A DNA stretch of 64,000 bases from Malacoraja senta (Eukaryota): the NCBI GenBank assembly GCA_038087875.1, contig CM075988.1:7566001-7630000 (forward strand), written 5' to 3'. A model generated the notes under the pieces. The model was not told where the DNA came from. It saw only the letters and a program-made list of their open reading frames with translations, and did not search any database. Position 1 is the stretch's first letter, and every line of letters starts with the position of its first letter. The position numbers and the translations under genes are program-made. Of this stretch, positions 52,003 to 64,000 are shown piece after piece.

Positions 52003-52298
52003 GTTTAGTTTAGTTTGGTGATTCGGCGTGGAAACAGGCCCTTCGGCCCACTCCGTCTGTGCCGACCCGTTCACTGATTTTATGTTATCCCAGTTCACAT
52101 CGTACACACTAGGGAAAATTTACAGAAGCCAATTAACCTACAAATCTGCATGACTTTGGAATGTGGGAGGAAATCGGAGCACCCAAAGAAAACTCATGCG
52201 GGCACAAGGAGAACGTAGAAACTCCGTACAGACGGCACCCGTGGTCAGGATCGAACCTGCGTCTCTGGCACTGTAGGGCAGCAACTCTACTGGTGCAA
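52003..52298 (-). mobile_element. HE1-type V-SINE
   Basis: revcomp of consensus. Confidence 0.85.
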
Positions 52299-52584
52299 CT
52301 GTTTTGGGTGGTTTTCTGATGACTTTCCTCCAATGCTTTCCTGAGAACATAGTTGATGTGCTGTCTCAAAGGGACTGAAGCGCTTCCCTAACAATTATTC
52401 GTGTTGTGAAACTTAAAGAGTAAAGGGCAAATTATATTTACCCAGACAGAACACAGAACAAGATAGCCTGTGTCATAAACCTGAGCATTAACAAATGTAA
52501 GCAAGACCATACCATCCCATCATTTGAGATTGCTCTGCCATTTAATAAGTGGTGATCTTCCTGATCATCAGGAAGGCTTGGAAG

Positions 52585-52965
52585 TATTATTAAGGATGCT
52601 TGCCAGCGTCGACCTTCCCTTTTCTCTCTGGGACAAGATACAGGAACATGAAAGATTGGATGTCCAAACTTAAGGACAGCTTCATCCCCACTGTTATGAG
52701 ATTCTTGCACCAATTACCTTTCACACCCCCTTCCCCGAGATGCTGCCAACTATTTTTACACTTAACTCGACTTCTTTCAGTTATTCCATTATTGTTCTTT
52801 AATATCCTTGCACCATTCTGTCTTTTCGCATTCTTTGTTGTATTTATCACATTTGCTATCACTGTATGTATAATATTTACTCTGTGAGTTTCATGTGAAT
52901 AAGGGTTTTCATTGCATGCTGGTGTATGTGACAATAAACTAATCTGATCTGATCTGATCTGATCT
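52585..52965 (+). mobile_element. Rex1/Babar LINE 3' end with (tctga)n tail
   Basis: SGTRYRNMKDWMSKLKDSFIPTVMRFL. Confidence 0.75.
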
Positions 52966-53567
52966 TATGCCATCCATTTACCCATTGAATTCTTATCTAC
53001 TAGCTCACTCACTTAGTTTTAACCATGACTAGACTCAATGACTAAGCAATCACAGCCCCATGAGGTAAATTGTAGATCTTAATTTCTGCAACATAACTCC
53101 TTGTCATTTCACTTCTCTGTGGCCAGCTCCTAATTGTAGACTTTACAACTAGAATAAATAACCTCTCGGCATCTATTATGTCAAACCAACAGATTCATAT
53201 ATATTTAAGATTATATCTCATTTTTTAAACTCCATTTAATACAGCCCACACTTAATCTCTGCTCACAGGTTGTCCCTTCATTTCAGGAATCAATCTACAA
53301 TCAACAATGAGCCTGTGCTGTACTGACTCCAATGCACACATGTCCTGCTTTAGTTGTGAAGATATAAACCGCAGACAACGTGGTAAATGGGCTTTCAGTA
53401 CGACATGGCTTCCAACACCATTACCATAAAAGCCAATGTACCATTTACCTTCCTAATTGCTTGTTGTACATGCCTGTACGCATTGTGTTCCATGAACAAG
53501 CACACCAAGATCCCACTGTACATATCAAATGAAGATATTAAATTTCCTTCAAGCACGGATTTCTTCT

Positions 53568-54012
53568 CAAGATTCAAGATTCAAGATTCAAGAGATTCAA
53601 GAGAGTTTATTGTCATGTGTCCCTGATAGGACAATGACATTCTTGCTTTGCTTCAGCACAACAGAACATAGAAGGCATTGACTACAAAAACAGATCAGTG
53701 TGTCCATATACCATTATATAAATATATACACACATGAATAAATAAACTGATGAAGTGCAAATAACAGATAATGGGCTATTAATGTTCAGAGTTTTGTCCG
53801 AGCCAAGTTTAATAGCCTGATGGCGGTGGGGAAGTAGCTATTCCTGAACCTGGTCGTTGCAGTCTTCAGGCTCCTGTACCTTCTACCTGAAGGTAGCGGG
53901 GAGATGAGTGTGTGGCCAGGATGGTGTGGGTCTTTGATGATACTGCCAGCCTTTTTGAGGCAGCGACTGCGATAGATCCCCTCGATGGAAGGGAGGTCAG
54001 AGCCGATGACCT
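53568..54012 (-). mobile_element. Rex1/Babar LINE 3' end with (ttcaaga)n on the plus strand
   Basis: gtagctattcctgaacctgg...ggatggtgtgggtctttgatgatactgccagcc. Confidence 0.8.
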
Positions 54013-55066
54013 TCCTTCCATCGCTTTAATCGTAACCATGCTATGTAGTTCTTGGTTGCATGACAGATCAAGCATTATTTGCCTGACTTATGCAGACGTG
54101 CAATAATGTGGAGTGACCAGTAGCACGATGGCTTTGATTTCCCTTTTTCAAGGTTGGGGCACCAGAGTCAACTTTATGGCCATCGCTTATAGACTATCGA
54201 CCATCAGTGCCGAATCGAAGGATAAAACCTGGGACCTACCCATTCTGGCCGAGTGCAAGGGTGATGTGTGGCCGTTATCTTTATGTTGGGAGGTACCAGA
54301 TGCTTTCTGAAGATCAACCATCTGATTACAGATTTGTAAGCAGAGCCTTCACAAACATCTGCTCACTGTCTGTCAGTGTTGTGGGCTCCTGAAGTGTCGC
54401 TGGGACTCTTGAGAGTTTACCGTTAGGAGACTTGAAACTCTTCTGTCTATGGGAGGCCTGCGGACATCGATTTAATACGACTCGCTGCCTTGATATTTGA
54501 GTGGGGGTGCCTGGGGATGCCCACTGTAATTTGACTGGATTTGTAGGTTTTCTCAGACTTTGAAGGCTTGTGCTGTAGCAGAGGGCTTAAGCTCATTTAG
54601 GAAAATAACAATATCCTGGGGTACAGCTGGGCCAAAACATTTGCTTTACGATGTGTGGTGATGAGGATTCACAGAAGTGCAATGAACTGGATCCTGAAAC
54701 AGAGACCACTTTATGACTCCTGTTCCCTTTTCTCTCTTCTCATAGTCTCGGCCTGTTTCTTCTTGTCTGCTGTTTATACAGTTTGGGTGTATGATTTGTG
54801 GTGTATGTATGTTGTTTCATTTGAACTTGCACCAGAAATCAATAGTTTGCACGTTAGCCCATGTACATTGGCTTCTCATTAGGTTTATGTATAAGATGGT
54901 CATGATTATGTTTGCAAATGCATGTTTGCATGTGTTGGGTTCTGTTGCTGTCTGTGGGTGCACATGTGTGAAATTGCATATGTTATGATTTTCATTTACA
55001 TTTCATCTTGTGTTGGCATGTGTGCGAGGTTGTGTTTTAGTACATATTTGTGGTGTATATGTCGGC

Positions 55067-55372
55067 TTTAGACTTTAGAGATACAGCACAGAAACAGGCC
55101 CTTCGGCCCACTGAGTCCGCTCCGACCAGTTCACTAACACAATCCTACACACACTAGGGACAATTTACAATTTTTTTACCAAAGCCAAGTAAACCTACTA
55201 ACGTGTATGTCTTTGAGGTGTGGGAGGAAACTTTGAGCACCTGGAGAAAACCCATACGGTCAAACCCATATAAACTCCATACAGACAACACACATACAGG
55301 CATACAGGTCGCGATCGATCCTGGGTCTCTGGTGCTGTGAGGCAACAGCTTTACCACCACACCATTGTGCCT
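55067..55372 (-). mobile_element. HE1-type V-SINE
   Basis: revcomp of consensus. Confidence 0.85.
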
Positions 55373-55912
55373 CTGTGTGTAGTTGTATTTAAGTCTTTAT
55401 GTACAAAGTTTGCACCTGTGTTGTGTGATGTTGTGTTAGGACTTGCTTTTGGATGCTTTTGGAAACATATCTCAACATTCTGGTCGTATAGTCTTTCATT
55501 TAATCTAATACTTGCATCAGAAATGTTTTAATTACAGACAAACAGACCCATCCTTTGGTGCTGTGCTTCAAAACAAAATGAATTCTGAACCTTGAGGCAG
55601 ATTTCCTTAAATTAACCATTTTGGCAGAGATTGTATCTTATGTGCTTTTGCATCTTGGAAATATCATTTGAACTTCATGCTGTTGGGCTTTGTAGCAGAT
55701 TGGTGGTGGAAATTATCTTTCTCTGCTGTGCCTCCGCAACCTTAGTGGCAAAGCTTGCTTCCCCAACCCCTCCCCTGCGTCCTAATGCATGAAAAGTTCC
55801 TGGTGGAATTGATCCCGTGTTTCTACCCTAAACTTGGCAGTAATTTACTGTCAGATTGGACTCCCTGCCTCGGGTTAAAGTTTCTTATGGAAGTCCCAAA
55901 TCTTATGGCCCA

Positions 55913-56190
55913 GGCAGCATGATGAATCAGCGGTATAGTTGCTGCCTTACAGTGCCAGAGACCCGGGTTTGATCCTGACTACAGATGCTGTCTGTGTGGA
56001 GTTTGTACGTTCTCCCTGTGACCTGCGTGTGTTTTCTCCGGGAGCGGTTTACAGGTTTGTAGGTTAATTGGCTTTGGTAAAAAAAAATTAAATTGCCTTT
56101 AGTGTGTGTAGGATAGTGTTGGTGTGCAGGGATCGCTGGTCATCGCGGACTCCATGCTGTGTCTCTAGACTAAACTAAACTTAACTATAC
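55913..56190 (+). mobile_element. HE1-type V-SINE with internal deletions
   Basis: head, partial V-domain, tail. Confidence 0.8.
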
Positions 56191-56399
56191 TAAACGGGAC
56201 AAGTTCACAATTGCACATTGTGCTGCATCAGTTCATACAGAGCAAGATTGGCCAAGGCTCAGTCATTGACATTACAGTTAGATGAAATTTGCGCAGTCAC
56301 AGGGAGAACGTTCAAACTCCACACAAACAGCACCCGTAGTCAGTATTGAACCCAGCTCTTTGGCACTGTTAGACACTAGCTGCACCACAATGCAATCAA

Positions 56400-57020
56400 G
56401 CCAAACTCAAGTTCAATGGGTAGAGCAAAGGGAAAGATGGAATATAGATCTCAGCATTGCAGTGCACTTGTTCCAGAGACTAGGTCCAATGTCCACAATG
56501 GGGTAGAAGTGAATCAGAAAGTAGCCTAGCTCATGGAACGACCATTGGGGAGGCTGATAACAGTGGGGAATAAGCTGTATCTGAGTCTGTGGTGCATGCT
56601 TCAAGACTTGTGTATGTTCTGCCCAATGGGAGTGTGAAGAAGTAGACATGACTGGGGTGGAACAAGTCTTTGAATACGTTGACTTGCGTGAGGTATAGAT
56701 GGAGTCAGTGTGGCGAGTCTGGTCTGTGTGATGTACTAGGCTACATCCACGACATTTCTTGCGTTCTTGTACAGAGCTGTTCTCAAACTAAGCTGTGTTG
56801 CAACCGGACAGTATGCTTTCTGTGGCGCATCTGTAAAAGTTGCTAAGCGTCATTGGAGACATGCTGAATTTCGTCAGTCTCCTCAGGAAGTAGAACTGTT
56901 GCCGTGCATTCTTAGTTGTCACTTCAGTGTGGTTGGTACACAACAGATCGTTGGTAATATTTACACCAAGGAATGTGAAGCTCAACCATTTCCACTTCAG
57001 CACCATAGATGCCGATTGGG
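56400..57020 (-). mobile_element. Rex1/Babar LINE fragment
   Basis: FLGVNITNDL...ARQQFYFLRRLTKF...FYRCATESILSGC. Confidence 0.85.
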
Positions 57021-58261
57021 ACTTCACCTGAAGTCAATAACTAGCTGCTTCATCTAGTTTGAAGCTCAGAAAGTCTCGGTCAAAATAAACCCCTCGTCGG
57101 ATGAAGGATCTCAGACCTGCAATGTCAGTGCCTCTTTTCAGTACTTCCAGCATTTTTTCTCTCACTACCTCTTGCTGTCGCAAATGTAGCTGTAACATTA
57201 CTGTCCTGTTGCATTTGCTCGATGATTCCCTTGTCACAGTTGCTAAATATAACCGATGCGATGAAGGGAAAGAGGAGGCCAATGTGCAAATATAATGGTG
57301 TCAAGTGCAGCAGTCAATGAGGCATTCATTGCATCCCAGAATGTCAGCTGCTGTACGGGAGTTGTGCATGGTCTGACATTTGAGATTCTCTTTCTGGTTT
57401 CAACATAGTGGGGGGTGGAGGGGGTCAGTTTGTTGGGAATACAGTGAACTGAATTTACTTTACTCTGCTGCATATCAAACTTGATACAGTTTTATTGCGA
57501 ATTTTGAATGAAAATTTCCTGAAGACAACGATGATCCATTTTCTGGATTGATTGATTGGCCCTGTGCCTTTCCTTAAACTTCTGGCTTCTCTCCTCTCAT
57601 TTAAACCAAGTTATTTTAGGCTCTTATCTTCCTTTGGCTCTGTGTCAACTTTTGTTTTGATTAATGCTTCTATAAAGTGCCTTGGGATTTGTTTTACACA
57701 TTCATGCATGGTTTTGGTGTGAGGTTTTGCCTGCTCTCTCATTCCCTCCTGCCCTCACGGTGGCTACCTGAATGCAATGCAGTTTGCACTGGGCTACTGG
57801 CATCATCGACCAGGGATTCCCAAGAATCGGTGGAGATGTCACACTCTATCAAGAATGCTTTGAGAATATTTTTGCTTGTCTATTTGATAATCTCTTGTCA
57901 TAACACTGCTCAGAATAGAAGAATTGTTTTGGGAGTTGTCACGCAGGTGAAAGTCTTGTCATTTACAATAGAGCTGACTGTGTGTAGTTAGGGCAAAACA
58001 CCAAGTGCTGGAGTAACTCAGCGGATCAGGCACCGTCTGTGGAGGGAATGTAAAGGTGAGGCTTTGGATCGAGCTCCAGTGATTGTAGTTGGGGTAATTA
58101 GCCTCTCAAAGCTGGCCTGGGAGATGTCACTGGTGTTGCTTTACATATTCTCAGAGGATTCGGGAGATTAGGTTTAGGTTTGTTATTGTCACAAGTACTG
58201 ATGTACAGTGAAAAGGTCTGTTTTCCATGCTGCACAATCAAATCCTATAAAACTATACATA

Positions 58262-58634
58262 ATAGAATATGGTCTCCATTTATTGATTTTTTTAAAGGGT
58301 AAATTGGTTCAGCACGGGAATCTGACTGAAATCCGAGCTCAGGATTAGATGAATAGTTTATGCTTTATAACTTACGGACCTATCTCCAAAGTTGTATTAC
58401 TGGTAAATTATTCCATTCTTCTTTTTCATGCCTTTTTTTTATTTTTTATTTCTCACTTTCTATCTCTAAAAAAAAAAAAAACTAAATAGAAGCAGATTTA
58501 ATATATACTGATAAAGGAGGACCGCTATTATTTTGATAGCTGGACTCCCACCTATTAGCAACGTAGGATTGATATATAAGAAATGTTTGTATTATCATAT
58601 GCACATGCTTCTAATAAAAATATATTAAAAAAAA
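58262..58634 (+). mobile_element. 5'-truncated L1-clade 3' end with poly(A) and 13-bp TSD
   Basis: IWSPFIDFF, aataaa and A-run; aaaactatacata at 58249-58261 and 58635-58647. Confidence 0.65.
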
Positions 58635-59704
58635 AAAACTATACATAGACACAATCAACCCATACTCAAGTACAACGGGTGAGTCAGCGGACAGATACAA
58701 AGTGCAGAATATAGTTCTCAGCAACATAGCGCATCAGTTCCAGAGACAAAGTCCAATGTCCACAATCGGGTAGTGGTAACTTGGATAGTACTCGCACTTA
58801 TGGAGGTGCCATTTAGAAACCTGGTGACAGAGGGGTATAAGGTGTTCCTGAGTCTGGTGGTGTGTGCTTTCAACCTTCTTTATCTTCTACACAATGGGAG
58901 CAGGGAAAAGAAAGAATGACTGGGGTGGGACATGTCTTTGACTATGTTTAAAAAAAAAAAGGGCACAGAGTGCTTGAGTACATCATCGGGTCAGGCTGCA
59001 TCTCCGGAGGACATGGATAGGTGACGTTTCAGGTCGGAACCCTTCTTCAGGCCCTTGTTTTTGATTATGGGAGCCTTCTTTATCATGTTGCCTGCTATTC
59101 CAAGCCAGCGTGGTGCAGGTGGAATCAATGGTGGGGACTCTGATGTGTGTGATGGACTCCACAACTCGCTGCAATTTCCTGCCATCTTGTGGAGAGCTAT
59201 TCCCAAACCTAGCTGTGATGATAATTGTAAGTATATTTCTATGGTGCATCTGTAGAAGTTTGTGTGAGCTGGCTTGATTATGTCTATGTAGCATATTATC
59301 TGTTTTGATTGGATAGCATGTGAAACAAAGCTTCTCACTGTACCTCAGTACATGTGCCAATCATAAACCTAAACCTATGGCTCCTGATGTTTAAATATTG
59401 TCAGCTTATCTGGGGGGAGGGGGGGGGGCACTATCTGAGATAGCTGTGTCCTTAAAACCCTCAGCATTAATTGTGGCTCGGCAACACTTGCTGTCGTTCT
59501 ATTTTATCCATCAGGTGAAGGAAAGATTTAAAGAGATATGGGTCAAATGTGATTAAAATGGAAGAATCTTAGAAGTGGGATTTTGTTCAGCAAGTAAAAG
59601 GTGGGCCGAAGGGCCTGTTTTCATGCTGTATGACTATATTCTTCATTCATGTACAAATGATAGTACTGAGGATCATACCATCAAGCAACATTTGACATGA
59701 AACT

Positions 59705-60250
59705 ATTTAGAGATACAGCGCAGAAACAGGCCCTTTGGCCCACTGAGTCCGCCCCAACCAGCAATCCCCGCATGCTAACACTATCCTATACACACTAGGG
59801 ACAATTTACATTTATACCAAGCTATTAGCCTACAAACCTGTGTGTATTTGAAGTGTAAGAGGAAACCGGAGCTTCCTTTGCAGGTCACGGGGAGAACGTA
59901 CAAACTCCATACAGACAGCACTCGTAGTCATCTAGATGTGTGTCAACTTGGAAATGTTTAGTTTAGTTTGGGGATACAGGCCCTTTAGCCCACTGAATCC
60001 ACACTGACCAACAATCACCCGTATACTCGTTCTATATTATCCCAGTTTTGTGTCCGATACACCTGGGACAATTTCCAGAAGCCAATGAACCTACAAACCA
60101 TCATTGGAGCGTCGGGTGAAACTGAGCACCTGGACAAAACCCACAGGGAGAATGTGAAAACTCTGCACAGACAGCATCTGTAGTCAGGATCAAACCCGAG
60201 TTTCTGGCTCTGTGAGGTAGCAACCCTACTATTACGGGAGTGTGCCGCCC
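59705..60250 (-). mobile_element. Two adjacent HE1-type SINE copies (~59705-59930 and ~59955-60250)
   Basis: revcomp of consensus, twice. Confidence 0.8.
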
Positions 60251-60436
60251 ATTAAATTCCATGAGTAACCTACTGATGGTCAAGTCAGAAAGTAATTTTT
60301 GGTTGTGCCATACCGAAAGATTCTGGTTTGGATTCCCGGTCTCAATTACCGATACTCATGATTATGCCAAGAGTATATTTGTCAGCTCAAAATTACACGA
60401 GGCTAAAGTGAGGATAGAGTTGGACTTGACTTGGTT

Positions 60437-60574
60437 CTTCTTCTTGCATATGGCGTGCACAACCTAAAGTTGTAGGACAACTTGTTTTATCTGATCTTAT
60501 TTGATTGTGTACGCCAGGTTGATTGCATTCGTCGAAACAGGGCGGACCACGTGAAGGTTGCAATCTCCCACCCC
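60437..60574 (-). mobile_element. 138-bp ribozyme-headed non-autonomous retroposon with (GAA)n tail and 13-bp TSD
   Basis: acttgacttggtt at 60424-60436 and 60575-60587; minus strand ends TATGCAAGAAGAAG. Confidence 0.85.
60521..60574 (-). ncRNA. Minimal HDV-like self-cleaving ribozyme (54 nt), predicted
   Basis: P1 GGGGUGG/CCGCCCU with G1-U wobble; P2 GAUUGCA/UGCAAUC; P3 ACC/GGU; L3 UUCACGU; reduced P4 with UUCG; J4/2 CGAA. Confidence 0.82.
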
Positions 60575-61408
60575 ACTTGACTTGGTTGATTAGTCTTCTG
60601 TCTGCTTGCCCATAAAGCAACTTCACAGGTCAACCTACAAGGCGGTTATAAATGGACACAGAGAAACTATTGATTATAGTGAGCTCCAACGGGAAATAAC
60701 ACAGAAGAGAAGATTTTCAATCAGGGTAAAATGGTCAAAATGTTGAACTCTTTTACTATTAGCTATGGAACTAGTGCCTGAATTGTTGAAGTCCTGCTGT
60801 ATAGTCTTGCTAAATTAATTGCTTTAAAAAACTGTCACCAGGAGCTTTGTGTGGTGGTGTGGTTTTGACCCACTGATGTGTCTGGTTATATCCATCAAGG
60901 TAATAACCGCATCAGTTTCACATTGCCTCTTTTACAGTAAGCCCTTTTTTGACTGCCTCTCGCATTAATTGTACATTTCCCACCCACAGAGTTTGGAATG
61001 GGAGCTAATTGCCAGACATTGTGTGTATTTTGCATCCTGGTTATTTAAAAAAAACTGCCTCTTAGGATTTAACATTTCCGATTCCACTCCCTGACAATTA
61101 AACTTCATTTTCTCACATTCGGATCTGTCTCCCACTGAGTTGAGTTGAGTTTAGTTTCTTGTCATGTGTACTGAGGTACAGTGAAAAGCTTTTGTTGTGT
61201 GCTAACCAGTCAGCGGAAAGACAACACATGATTACAGTCGAGCCATGAACAGTGTATAGATACATGATATAAAGGGAATAGAGATTTAAAAGAGTAGAGC
61301 AGATCCACTTCTGTGACTGGCACACAAAGAGTCGCCTGGCTTGGGCGCCATCTTGGATCATCCTGAATGGTTTCCAACAACTTGCAACAAACTGCTTTTC
61401 AGTAACTG

Positions 61409-61740
61409 GAGGCATGGTGGCGTAGCGGTAGAGTTACTGCCTTACAGCGCTTGCAGCGCCGGAGACCCGGGTTCGATCCCGACTACGGACGCTGTCTGTA
61501 CGGAGTTTGTACGTTCTCCCCGTGACCTGCGTGGGTTTTCTCCGAGATCTTCGGTTTACTCCCACACTCCAAAGACATACGGGTTTTTAGGTTAATTGGC
61601 TTGGATTTGTATACTTGGTATAAGTGTAAATTGTCCCTTGTGTGTGTAGGATAATGTTAATGTGTGGGGATTGCTGGTCTTTGTGGACTCGGTGGGCCGA
61701 AGGGCCTGTTTCCCCGTTGTATCTCTAAACTAAACTAAAC
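61409..61740 (+). mobile_element. HE1-type V-SINE, full length
   Basis: head, V-domain, tail. Confidence 0.9.
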
Positions 61741-61851
61741 TGACTGCTTGATCTTCTTATGGATAGACCGATTCGTTATCGACCTTGCTTCAATTAACGG
61801 TGTGTAATACTGAGTTTCAGTGTCTGGGTGCCTGTTAATTGTAAGACCATG

Positions 61852-62346
61852 GCTCCCATCCTCGCCACTTTCTACAGAAGCACAATTGAGTCGGTCATGA
61901 CCGGCTGTATCTCTACGTGGTGCGGCAGCTGTACAGCTGCAGACTGGAAGTGCCTTCAGAGAGTGGTGAGGACAGCGGAAAAAATCATTGGGACTTCTCT
62001 TCCTTCCATCATGGACATGGGGTACAAGCGCTGTCTGAGTAGAGCTAAGGGCATTACCAAAGCCCCCACACACCCACAATTTGGACTGTTTATACTGCTT
62101 AACTCTGGGAGGAGGTACCGCAGCATGAAGAGCGGGACAACCAGGTTCTGCAACAGCTTCATCCCCCAGGCCATAAGATTATTGAACAATCAATTAAACC
62201 GAGGCTAGAACTTTTTAAATATCGACACTTCTAAAAAAAAAATAACTGGAGAGTCAAATGCAACGAAATTTCGTTCTAGGTGCACTGTGTATAGGTGTAT
62301 ATCTGAATGACAATAAAGTTTTCATTCATTCATTCATTCATTCATT
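61852..62346 (+). mobile_element. Rex1/Babar LINE 3' end, uninterrupted ORF C-terminus and (ttca)n tail
   Basis: FYRSTIESVMTGCISTWCGSC...LQRVVRTAEKIIG...SGRRYRSMKSGTTRFCNSFIPQAIRLLN. Confidence 0.88.
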
Positions 62347-62659
62347 TCTTGTTTGACCTTCAAGATGATATTGCTGCATTTGTTTAGAACTTGTGTAAAC
62401 TTAATCTAGAAAATTTTAAAATCTGGAAAATTGAGACATATATAACTAATATTCCTCTCCCACTCTCTTCCTGCATTACCAGTTCCTAGTTTAGCAAATT
62501 AGATTCTTGCATCTTTTCTAAATTGTCAGAAATGTCCTGACCTGAAACTTCACCTGCCCATTCATCTCCACAGATGTTGCCTGACCTGCTGAGTTTCTCC
62601 AGAACATTGTGTTTTCGCTCAAGTTTCCAGCTTCTGGAGTTCCTTGTACCTCTCTGGCA

Positions 62660-62940
62660 GGTGTCGGGCCACAGCTGGTAGAGCTGCAGCCTCACAGTGC
62701 CACAATCCTGACCTCGGGTGCTGTCTGTGTGGAGTTTGCACGTTCTCCCTGTGACCGTGTGGGTTTCCTCCGGGTGCTCCAGTTCCCTCCCACATCCCGA
62801 AGACGTGTAGGTTTGTAGGTTAATTGGCTTCTGTAAATTGCCCCCAAGTGTGTAGGGAGTAGATGTGAATGAGGGATAACATAGATCTAGTGTGCCCAGG
62901 TGATCGATGGCGGGCCCAAGGGCCTGTTTCCATGCAGTTT
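62660..62940 (+). mobile_element. HE1-type V-SINE
   Basis: partial head, V-domain, tail. Confidence 0.8.
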
Positions 62941-63629
62941 CTTTCTCAACTCCAAATCTCTTTGCTGTGGTAGCGGTAATACATGTACTGATTCACACTT
63001 TCCTCACTGCTATATAGACCAGGACAAGCTAGGCTTTCTTGCTCTTCCCCTCCCTGAAAATCACCTTGACATGCAAGAGCAATCAGAGGCTGATTACTGT
63101 GTGTTTTGTGATGGGAGTGGAGTGTTTATGCCTTGTACTAAGATTTTGATCTTTAATTTTTTTCCTTTGGTCCCATTCCATCAGGCTGACCTTTTCAAAC
63201 TATAAATATCACTGTGCATGGCAGCAGCCAAAGAGAAAATAATGTCTGTCGTCAGCAGCGAGAGGTCAAATAATTATTCAACAGTTGCGACCTAACTTCT
63301 GAACAACTTCTGCTGTTCCAGCTTTAATAAAGAATCGATCTGTCTTCGCTGGTTCCAACTTGAGAAAAGTTTCAGAAACACCCTGTCAAATCTAGTAGCG
63401 TTTCGTTTCATCCCCATTGGCAAGATGATAGATGCCCTCGAAATTATTTCATCACTCTTGTTGCGGGCAGTGGACAGAGTTGAGATTAATGGGCCTGTTC
63501 ACCGTAAGTCAAAGGCATAACAACCCTCTGTCCACCTCGCCTAGATCTATGAATGTTGGCCTGTGTGCAGCCAATGCTAGCTTCATTGCACTGAAGGTGT
63601 CAATATGGTGAGCTTCGTTGGAAATGCAA

Positions 63630-64000
63630 GGAGCTGCAGATAGACACAAAATGCTTGGTCAACTCAGCGGGACAGGCAGCATCTCTGGATGCAAGCCATT
63701 TCTTCTATCTAGAGATGTTGCCTGTCCCACTGAGTTAATCCAGCATTTTGTTTCTATCTTCAGTGTAAACCAGCATCTGCAGTATCTTCCTACACACGGG
63801 AACTGCAGAACGCTGAGGCTGAATTCCCAACCAACCACAACACTAAAATAGACACAAAGTGCTGAGGTTACTCAGCGGGTTGGGTAGGCAGCATCTCTGG
63901 AGAATGTGCATCGGTGACATTTCCGGTCGGGACCCTCCTTCAGATTCTACAAGGAACTGCAGATGCTGGTTTACAAACATATAGACACAAAGTACTGGAG
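63630..64000. mobile_element. Cluster of Penelope-derived fold-back repeat copies
   Basis: inverted pair at ~63640-63795, then further monomers to the window edge. Confidence 0.7.

Noticed and set aside
54190..54260. Possible LF-SINE or tRNA-like relic
   Set aside because: Only a short B-box-like match; too weak to call.
57034..57282. Protein-like minus-strand ORF (VREKMLEVLKRG...)
   Set aside because: No family recognised and flanking splice signals are weak; cannot be supported.
62322..62346. Independent microsatellites such as (ttca)n, (ctaaa)n, (tctga)n
   Set aside because: They are the 3' tails of adjacent LINE or SINE copies.

Overview
Eukaryotic, repeat-dense vertebrate DNA, inferred from its repeat families to be a cartilaginous fish, probably a skate or ray. 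It looks intronic or intergenic: no host protein-coding exon is recognisable, and nearly all supplied ORFs are chance reads through repeats. Contents: about 35 HE1-type tRNA-derived V-SINEs; CR1 (HER1-like), Rex1/Babar, L1 and Penelope-like fragments; an abundant Penelope-derived fold-back repeat with a hammerhead-like core; Harbinger-type MITEs; a non-autonomous Helitron (26436-27596); old Deu-domain SINE relics; and a candidate GC-box promoter (~28.8-29.2 kb). A full-length, decayed DIRS1-like retrotransposon (42071-46780) keeps readable ITR/ICR termini and a duplicated candidate intron module. The top finding is a 138-bp TSD-flanked retroposon (60437-60574, minus strand) whose first 54 nt fold into a complete minimal HDV-like ribozyme, with the element's 5' end exactly at the predicted cleavage site. 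All calls were made by eye; SINE and LINE boundaries are approximate.
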